NCBI GenBank assembly: GCA_951406725.2
Contig: OX597824.1
Span: 5,208,001 to 5,272,000, forward strand
Direction: 5' to 3'
DNA length: 64,000 nucleotides
DNA from: Octopus vulgaris
Lineage: Eukaryota
The translations under genes were made by a program, and so were the position numbers. Below are positions 55,049 to 64,000 of the stretch, piece after piece; position 1 is the first letter of the stretch; each line of letters opens with the position of its first letter. The notes under the pieces were generated by a model. It saw only the letters and a program-made list of their open reading frames with translations. It ran no database searches and was not told the DNA's origin.

Positions 55049-55442
55049 TTGTGTCTGGGGAGAGTCATTTTCTTTTTGTGCCTTATTATGTAACACACTC
55101 ACCGGTAAAATTTCCACTGTTTTCTTATTTTTATTGTCCAAAGATTTTCGTTGCGTCTTGCAACCTTTTCATTAGTTTTAAAAAGAATTTCGACGCCAGG
55201 ACACCGGAAAACAGTACCACCATCAACAACAAATACACCTCTGGAATATATGGTGCAGTACAGCTAGATACAGATGAAATGCATGCTTTAGAGTTACCAT
55301 CAAAAGAAAGTCAAAACTATTGAAAAGGTTGCAAGACGCAACGAAAATTTTAGGACAATAAAAATAAGAAAAACGTGGAAATTTTACCGGAGAGTGTGTT
55401 TCATTGAAGGCACAAAAAGAGAATGACTCTCCCCAGACACAA
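55049..55442 (+). mobile_element. Inverted-repeat element (arms about 130 bp, spacer about 133 bp), PLE-type
   Basis: 55049-55179 is the diverged reverse complement of 55313-55442; both arms contain the HHR-like motif. Confidence 0.8.
55317..55353 (+). ncRNA. Minimal type I hammerhead-like motif, U3-A8 variant
   Basis: cua-UUGAAAA-g-guugc(aagac)gcaac-GAAA-au-UU-uag; stem I is only 3 bp. Confidence 0.6.
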
Positions 55443-56050
55443 CTTAATGGGAATATTTTATTAATATTCCTTAACTTGGAATACATGGACATTCACAACA
55501 ATCCAATTCTTTCTTTGAAGATAATTGTATATTGTTTTAGAAGAAGCGTCGCCAGCTTTCTATATAAGATGGTAATGTCCTAATGACATCGAATAGATGC
55601 TAATCGTATCCGAATTATCTTCTACAAATGTGCGAACATTTCGTCGTCATCTCCTGGTCTGGAATTTCAAAAGTATGACATTTGAAAAGCGACAGTGTAT
55701 TGTCTACAATTTCAAGACAGGTTGTACTCTCTGCCACCATTCTCAAGTTTCCGAGATCTGCCCCATAAGCAATCTTACATCAGCTGTAATAAAAGCTTTT
55801 GGATCCAGCTGCTTTTCAGCATTATAAGTCCTTCCAGTGCAAACCTTTCGGCCATCATCATTGGTGTTTTATTGCTGTTGCAGACCCTACTTTTTTACGA
55901 GTGGATTTTTATAAAATAAAATATAAAATGATATTAAATTTTGCATGAATATAAAACCACAGACGGGCATTTTCTGCAATATTGCCTTTGAACGATGAAA
56001 ATGTTAAAGACAGTTGTTGGACTTTGTAGAATATGGATGAGTTTGTCGAA

Positions 56051-56467
56051 AGGCGCTGGAGTGGGTGTGTGGTAAGTAGTTTGCTTACCAACCACATGGT
56101 TCCGGGTTCAGTCCCACTGCGTGGCACTTTGGGCAAGTGTCTTCTGCTATAGCCTCGGGCCGACCAAAGCCTTGTGAGTGGATTTGGTAGACGGAAACTG
56201 AAAGAAGCCCGTCGTATATATGTATATATATATATATATATATGTATGCATGTATGTGTGTGTTTGTGTGTCTGTGTTTGTCCCCCTAATATCGCTTGAC
56301 AACCGATGCTAGTGTGTTTACGTCCCCGTAACATAGCAGTTCGGTAAAAAGAGACCGATAGAATAAGTACTAGGCTTACAAAGAATAAGTCCTGGTGTCA
56401 ATTTGCTCGACTAAAAGACGGTGCTCCAGCATGGCCACAGTAAATGACTGAAACAGTAAAAGAGTAA
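56051..56467 (+). mobile_element. SINE family B, full length
   Basis: aggcgctggagtgggtgtgtggtaag head through gactgaaacagtaaaagagtaa tail. Confidence 0.93.
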
Positions 56468-58073
56468 TAGTTGGCGTTTCTTTTGTAAGCATTTTAATAG
56501 CAGTCATTGGATCAGCAAGGTCCTCCTTTGTCAAATACAGTGTTTCGAAAACAAGGAGTAGGACATTACACCAAACATTTCTGTCACCAAATCATACTGT
56601 AACACTTCTTTCCTTAACAATAGGCAGCACATCTTAATTAATTAGAAATTGTTCAGTACATCCCCACACTTCCTTCTTTCCACCTATTTGTTCATTAGTC
56701 ACAGACTGACTAGTTTTACAATCGTCTTTGAGGAATTGATTGAAACGAACAACTTGTGCACAGTTTATGTATTATGTTTAACTAAACAGTAGGTCTCCAA
56801 TATTAATTGAAGTAGATGTTTCCATCATTGATTACACAATTTGTCCGCACCTTACAAAATCAGTTTGGTATGTTAATTTGTTCGTGAAATATACGCGTGT
56901 ATGGTTTGTAGAATGTCAACGACATATGTTCGTATTCATGCTAACTCTTTCATTATACAACTTTCCTTAATCTTTAATGAATGTTTCAGTGTAGCTATTA
57001 TATTGTTTTACTGTTTATGTTGGCACACTAATCTTCCTGATTATATTAAGCCGCAACGTATTATGGTTAGAAATTGTTCTTGTTCCTTCAAGATATTCTC
57101 TTAGCCACCGTTATACAGATTGTGTGTTAGAAGCAAATAGTATATGTGCGGATTTCCTATCAACAGAAGCCAAAAGAATGCAAACAAATTAGTAGCGGAA
57201 GAAAATGTACTTAAAACCCTATCAAATGATCTCTTAGAAACACAAACTGCTGTAATCTATTTCATTATTGGGTGTCTTAGTAATAACGGTAAAAATAATG
57301 AAGATGTCGTGAATACTATTCGCGACGAATAGAGAGGAATGAAAAAATGTAGAAAATAAAGCCGTAATTAAATGCAATGACTTTCATGAGATGACTCACA
57401 AACCCACCAATAAAAGATCCATTCAAATTTTTTTTGGTTCTCTTAAGTATCATGTTTAACAGAACTAGGCCTTTTGTTTGCCTATCCAAGCAAGAATTAT
57501 CGATAACCCTATTAAGTTTTCTCTCCATTACACAAATAAATTTAAGTGATTAAACATCTTTTGGTTCACTATATTATTGCAGCCAAATCTCACTTAACTA
57601 TATGCTCTTCATGCAGAAGGCAACCCTAGAAAAATTTCTTGTATCACTAAAATGTTGAACCAGTGAATATATGATTTTCATTCAAACTATTTGTCCTTTT
57701 AGTAATTCTAAAGCGTTTCGATTGCAAGCAACTATGCTTCACTGAGGAATAAACCTGAAATATGTCAGAAGTTTTCTCTGTAATTTCCAAAGATCAGAAT
57801 TACTCGCAATTGTATACTCTTTTTTCAGTTTTCAATCAAATTAAATACGTGTGCGCGCGTGTGTATTATGCTTGTATGTAACTTACAGTGATTTATATTG
57901 GCGAAAGAAGTGGTTATTGGTGAGGAAACCAACAAACGGGGTGTCTTCAACTAGAAATCCCTTGTGTGATCTTCATCAGCTTGAGTTGCACAGACTGTGG
58001 TGTCCACGTCATCGTTAATGCATTCAACTACTAATTATTCCGTTGAAAACCTGCAAACAGCGACACGATTTTT

Positions 58074-58100
58074 CATCGTCATCATCATCGTCATCATCAC

Positions 58101-58132
<32 letters not shown>

Positions 58133-58230
58133 CCATCACCATCATCATCATCGTCGTCATCATCATCGTCATCATCATCACCATCACCATCATCATCATC
58201 GTCGTCATCATCATCGTCATCATCATCATC

Positions 58231-58262
<32 letters not shown>

Positions 58263-58379
58263 CATCATCATCACCATCATTACCATCGTCACCACCTTCG
58301 TCAGCGTCATCATCATCATCATCATCATCATCGTCATCATCATCATCATCGTCGTCATCATCATCATTACCATCATCAT
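58074..58379. repeat. (ATC)n microsatellite
   Basis: Direct reading; explains the poly-D/S/I/M ORFs. Confidence 0.95.
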
Positions 58380-58450
58380 ATATACATAGATGCACACATA
58401 TACATAAATATGTATATAAGAAGGTATGTATTTCTCTCTTCTCTGAATAC

Positions 58451-58515
<65 letters not shown>

Positions 58516-58763
58516 AGCGCGTGTATACACTAAAACAGAAGACTGGAGAACAACTGGTATATTCTTAATTCCAAGTGGGACGTGTTTTATTAAAAAACTT
58601 TTAAGGATTATAATCCATTACACAGACACATACAGCCGCAGACACACACAGACACAAAGACAGACAGACACACGCACATACACAGACACACATACATATA
58701 AAGTACATATATATATACATATGTATGTATGCATGTATATATATATATATATACATATGTATG

Positions 58764-58810
<47 letters not shown>

Positions 58811-58813
<3 letters not shown>

Positions 58814-59192
58814 GAGGCGCAATGGCCCAGTGGTTAAGGCAGCGGACTCGCGGTCATAGGATCGCGGTTTCGATTCCCAGACCGGGCGTTGTGAGTGTTT
58901 ATTGAGCGAAAACACTTAAAAGCTCCACGAGGCTCCGGCAGGCGATGGTGGTGATCCCTGCTGTACTCTTTCACCACAACTTTCTCTCACTCTTACTTCC
59001 TGTTTCTGTTGTACCTGTATTTCAAGGGGCCGGCCTTGTTACTCTCTGTGTCACGCTGAATATCCCCGAGAACTACGTTAAGGGTGCACGTGTCTGTGGA
59101 GTGCTCAGCCACTTACACGTTAATTTCACGAGCAGGCTGTTCCATTGATTCGGATCAACCGGAACCCTCATCGTCGTAACCGACGGAGTGCT
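58811..59192 (+). mobile_element. Full-length tRNA-derived SINE family C, between TA runs
   Basis: A box tggcccagtgg, B box gtttcgattcc; 3' part repeated at 42340-42528. Confidence 0.88.
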
Positions 59193-59197
59193 AAGAA

Positions 59198-59252
<55 letters not shown>

Positions 59253-60084
59253 AATATGTATATATATATATATGTATGTGTATGTATATATGTGTGTATA
59301 TTATATATTACGCCGGTGATGCTTCTATGTGCAACATTCCAGTGTGAGAGGAATTGGTTTTCATACTTCCAGAATGTTTGTGCTTTCTGTTGTTGTTGTT
59401 GTTGTGTGTGTGTGTGTGTCTGTGTCTGTGTGTGCTAGAATGAATAGATGTTAAGTTTTCAATTAATTCCATTATTTTCAACATTTAAGATGTTATTAAA
59501 ATCGCACAAATGTTAATTAGAAGAAAAAGCATAAAAACAACAACAACATATAAATAAGGAATAAAATTGACAAAACAATAATATTCCCATTGATACTTAA
59601 CCATTAAATCTTCATGTAGATGGCGTCTCTGATTAAGTACAAATGTAATTTTCTGCTCCTATTCTGGGTACATTTCTGTTATGCTATTATCACTAATACA
59701 ACGAAATATCATTTTAAGTACATTAGACTGGCAAACTCGGGGGAAACAAGTTATTGCATTGATTTGCCTCTGGCTGATAGGAAAACGGTAAATGAAGAGA
59801 CACCGAGAAAAGTTTGTTGCTCGTAGATCTATGCATGGGGTTTGTCAAATGTGATTCTACGAATATTAGCAGAGTGAAATGTCGCCTTTCTCTAAGTAAA
59901 TTAATACGACAGTGCTGTAGCCTGTATTGGTGTTATCATATTTCGTATATTCGACACGGTCCAATATATTGAAATAAATAAATAACAAATAAATAGCACA
60001 TGATAGACGTTGTAATAAAAGTAATGTAACCGACGCAGACAATAAAAGAAATGATACATTATGGATTTGCTTAATCAGTCGTTG

Positions 60085-60159
60085 AGCTGAGCGCCGTAGT
60101 GAAAGCATCATGCTGGGCCCATAACCCAGAGGTCTGTAGATCGAATCTACTTTCTGCAA
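60085..60159 (+). pseudogene. Initiator tRNA-Met(CAT) pseudogene
   Basis: Exact eukaryotic iMet anticodon arm tgctgggcccataacccagaggtc and gatcgaa T-loop; the acceptor stem is mismatched and the D arm has a 3-nt insertion. Confidence 0.85.
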
Positions 60160-60394
60160 ATGAATGGATGCTGCTTTGGATATTTGGATATTTGTACGTC
60201 GCATATCAGCTGTCTATAATTATACCAACTTACCTACAATAGAAATTTATACAGGGTCAAGAGGTCGTCAAATGACAGGGGTCACCCAACCCCACTCTCC
60301 CCACTGCATTAGTGTTTTGAATTATATGTTGATTCATTATAATGAATATTTTCTCCTAATGAGCATTAATATCCATCCGATTAAAAAAGTGTAC

Positions 60395-60616
60395 ACCACA
60401 AGAACTGAAAATCTAATGGAGGCCTCAAAAGACATTTTAAGATCCACAAAGATCAGAACTTATCTGCAGTTCTTGGTGGTCCAAATCAGATATGCAGTCT
60501 ATGTGGATGTCTTTTCAAAACATCGTCTGGTTTCAAAAGCCACATCAGACGCCATGATGGATCTAAGGTGTAAGTCAAGAGGTGGTCAGACTCTGCATAA
60601 GGAGTAGACAACCGCC
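60395..60616 (+). mobile_element. Probable RTE-like LINE 3' end with C2H2 zinc fingers
   Basis: Frame from 60421: GLKRHFKIH...CSLCGCLFKTSSGFKSHIRRHDGSKV* (stop 60571-60573), short 3' UTR, then (TA)n. Confidence 0.6.
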
Positions 60617-60634
60617 ATATATATATATATATAT

Positions 60635-61045
60635 ACTCTTTACTCTTTTACTCTTTTACTTGTTTCAGTCATTTGACTGCGGCCATACTGGAGCACCGCC
60701 TTTAATCGAGCAACTCGACCCCGGGACTTATTCTTTTGTAAGCCAGTACTTATTCTATCGATCTCTTTTGCCGAACCGCTAAGTAACGGGGACATAAACA
60801 CACCAGCATCGGTTGTCAAGCAATGCTAGGGCACAAAAAGACACACAAACACACACGCATATATATACATATACATATATACGACGGGCTTCTTTCAGTT
60901 TCCGTCTACCAAATCCACTCACAAGGCTTTGGTCGGCCCGAGGCTATAGTAGAAGACACTTGCCTAAGGTGCCACGCAGTGGGACTGAACCCGGAACCAT
61001 GTGGTTGGTAGACAAGCTACTTACCACACAGCCACTCCTGCGCCT
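60635..61045 (-). mobile_element. SINE family B, full length
   Basis: Colinear with 56051-56467 in reverse. Confidence 0.93.
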
Positions 61046-61156
61046 ATATATATATATATATCACTTTTATAAGGTCCTATGTAAACGTTCAGAACAGAAT
61101 ATAAGCAAGGTCGACAGATTAGTATAATCACTATTGAGGTAATTTCCGTTTATGTT

Positions 61157-61360
61157 AAGACGGCGAGCTGGCAGAAACGTTAGCATGCTTAGCAGTATTT
61201 CGTCTGTCTGAGTTCAAATTCTGCCGAGGTCGACTTTGCCTTTCATCCTTTTGGGGTTGATAAATTAAGTACCAGTTGCGTACTGGAGTCGATCTAATCA
61301 ATTGACCCCCTTCCCCCACAAAAAAAAAGGAATTGGGGCCTTATGCTTAGAGTAGAAACG
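61157..61360 (+). mobile_element. SINE family A, short-tail variant with TSD
   Basis: TSD aatttccgtttatgtt (61141-61156) / aatatccatttatgtt (61361-61376). Confidence 0.88.
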
Positions 61361-61572
61361 AATATCCATTTATGTTGTAATCTCCAGCGTAACGTATTTA
61401 CCTATATATCAGTTGACTGGCGAGTTTGTGTAGTAAAATGGAGGTCCAAGTTTCGAATCCTATCGAAATGAATTGATGCTGACTGAATTTAAAAAAAAAA
61501 CTGATAGGATTGTGGGAGCGGGGAAAATCCTTTCATTCTATGACTTATTTATTTATAATATTAAATCTCGTT

Positions 61573-61704
61573 TTCCGCCGAGGTCGACTTTGCCTTTCAT
61601 CCTTTTAGGGTCGATAAATTAAGTCCCAGTTGCATACTGGTGTCGATCTAATCGACTGGCCCCCTTCCCCCAACATTTCGAGCCTTGTGCCTAGAGTAGA
61701 AAGG
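61573..61704 (+). mobile_element. 5'-truncated SINE family A with perfect 16-bp TSD
   Basis: aatattaaatctcgtt at 61557-61572 and 61705-61720. Confidence 0.9.
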
Positions 61705-62514
61705 AATATTAAATCTCGTTGATAACAACTTCGCCTTGTCAATAAAATAAAATAATAGTCAAGTGCTGGTACTTATGAATGGCCCTTAGCCATTATTAAA
61801 GAATCAAGAATCAATATAAAGACTATTACTGATCAATTTTATTGAGCAAAAGTTCATTCACAGATGTTTTAACCTACACCGGTGTTATATTTCCTCAGAT
61901 AATTTTCTTTTGCATTATATTCTCGCAGTTTCGAGAAAATTCTATAACAGTAATAAATTTGAATCACTTTTTTCAACTTGTAGAAAATAATGCTGCTTCA
62001 AACTCATTCGCAGTAAAATTTTAATAAAGAATTTTCCAACTGAAGTCATTTTTGAACCATAATTATACCGATATACGAGAAATATTGTTTTCTTAAAGAA
62101 CAAGTAGTAAGACTTGTTCGTTGTATACAGATTGTATTCAATTAAAAACAGAAAATAAAAACCGAACGAAAACGTTTTATTTCGATGTGTCGATCGAAAG
62201 ATTGGCGGTTTTGTATTATCATTGTGGTTTCACGGTTTCCCGGCACAATTTTTCCATTAACGAAATTAACTTAGTTATTTCAGCGTTATCTATGTTATGA
62301 AAATAATATAATAATCGACGAATGTCTGCATTGATAGCTAACATTGTGATTAAAAAAAAAAAAAAAAGAGAAAAGAAATTCTTTACAAGAAATATAACAT
62401 CATAAAATTTCTTACGCATCAGAAGCAAAAGTCGTGTTAGAGAAGAAAGAATGTCCGCTTCCAATAATAAGTTAATACCGATTATTTAGATGTACACACA
62501 CATACACACACACG

Positions 62515-62570
<56 letters not shown>

Positions 62571-63852
62571 TATATAAAGAACATTACAGCTAACCAAAGC
62601 TATAGGCTACCGAAATAGCAATACACTGGCCTACGGCTTGTAGACATTATTGTATTCGCTTTCTCCTGAAGTTGTTGTGAAACCCGTAGAAACTATTATA
62701 CTTTAAGCATCCGGTGTTATTTTCATTCACAAATTGCCCTTGATAAATAAAAAGGCCTATGTTGTGTCACATCGCTCTCGACACACGCAAAGCTTTGCCT
62801 AAATATATTTGCTTGAAATTTTAAGGTGTTTCCATTACTTTGTCCACCCCTGTATTTATATATGTATATGAATGTGTATATATGATATATTTAGATGTTT
62901 AGCCTACGCACACACGTACACAAGCTCACACGCATGTAAAGTTTAGTATACGAATGTAAGTAACAACAACTAATATTCTAAAACCTTTCAGTGTATTTCT
63001 GCCAATATCTGTAAACAGACTCTTATGTAATTTATTCTAAAAAGAAGTTTATGAATTATTTGATCCGAAAATTATTCTTTTATATATTGTCATGAATTGA
63101 GGCAAAATTCTTTGATCGGTGTTGAAAATCAAAGAACGGTTAATTGAAGTGTAATTTAGAAGTTTGTTTCGGAAAAGAAGCGACAAGTGACTCTTGGACC
63201 AGAATTAGTTCAATCAAGAAATTTCTTGGAAGTCCACTGAAAAAGTTGTTTGCCACGAAGTATGTTTTTGTAATTTTGGTTTTTCGGTTTCGGTTAATCA
63301 TACTTTACGCATAACAATAGATATGTGTAAATGGATGCATTACTGGTCTTTGGCATCTCTCTAAATACACATCTTTGGGAATTAAGAGACCGATATGTAT
63401 TTATATATCTCGGCATATTCTTCAGCGTTATTGAGAATAACAATTTGTAATCTTCTCCTATGCTGTCCAATTCAGATAAAAGGAAAAACGCAGTCATTAC
63501 ATGCAAACAATACCGCGTCAGGCATTCATTATTGTCTGTTTTCATGCGAATTTTCAAACCGTTCCCATCATTATCGAACATGCCCCACACCATTTATGTA
63601 TTTATATATGCCTGTTGATCTGTGTGTATTTCTGTTCCCCTTCATTGCATTATATCAAAGAGACACGCTGAGAGAATGATAGAAAGAATAGGAGAGATTG
63701 AAGTTGGAAAAAAGAAAGCGTTATACATCACACAAATATACGACCGCATTCACAATCATGGCCTCATAACCCTTCTGTTTCTCTCCGTATCTATAACTAC
63801 CGCTCGTAGTGTGAGTCTCATTCTCTCTCTTCATTCCACTATACCAGAAATT

Positions 63853-63885
<33 letters not shown>

Positions 63886-64000
63886 GGGGAGATAGAAGAA
63901 GAGAGCCAGAAAAAAAAAGTGACTGAGAGAGGCAAGAAAGAAAGGAAATTCTGGGAAATTGAAAGAGGAACAACACGGAGTTTTATGTCCCGCATAGGTA

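Noticed and set aside
57997-58530. Poly-Asp/Ser/Ile/Met ORFs
   Set aside because: (ATC)n microsatellite open in several frames; no splice or homology support.
59868-59876. agcagagtg, matching the iMet tRNA 5' end upstream of the pseudogene
   Set aside because: A 9-bp match is compatible with chance; no evidence for a split tRNA.
60421-60573. Host C2H2 zinc-finger gene
   Set aside because: No TGEKP linkers, an in-frame stop just upstream, and a short tail ending in TA repeats; a retroelement end fits better.

Overview
AT-rich eukaryotic intergenic/intronic DNA, most likely Octopus (inferred from the SINE families and the extreme density of (TA)n, (CA)n, (TATG)n, (TATC)n and (AAT)n repeats). 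No intact protein-coding gene is supported; most ORF-track entries are microsatellite artefacts. The window is a transposon mosaic: at least five tRNA-derived SINE families, CR1-like, R4/Dong-like and RTE-like LINE fragments, Penelope-like element (PLE) RT and GIY-YIG remnants, decayed mariner and Tc1 transposases, two MITEs, a non-autonomous Helitron and an initiator tRNA-Met pseudogene. The most notable signal is a set of sequence-unrelated fold-back elements, most of them embedded in (TA)n, carrying minimal type I hammerhead ribozyme (HHR) motifs. Their cores show three covarying forms of the 3-8 tertiary pair (C3-G8, G3-C8, U3-A8). One family joins a tRNA-like Pol III head to an HHR-bearing PLE-type tail. 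All calls were made by eye; coordinates of decayed elements are approximate.
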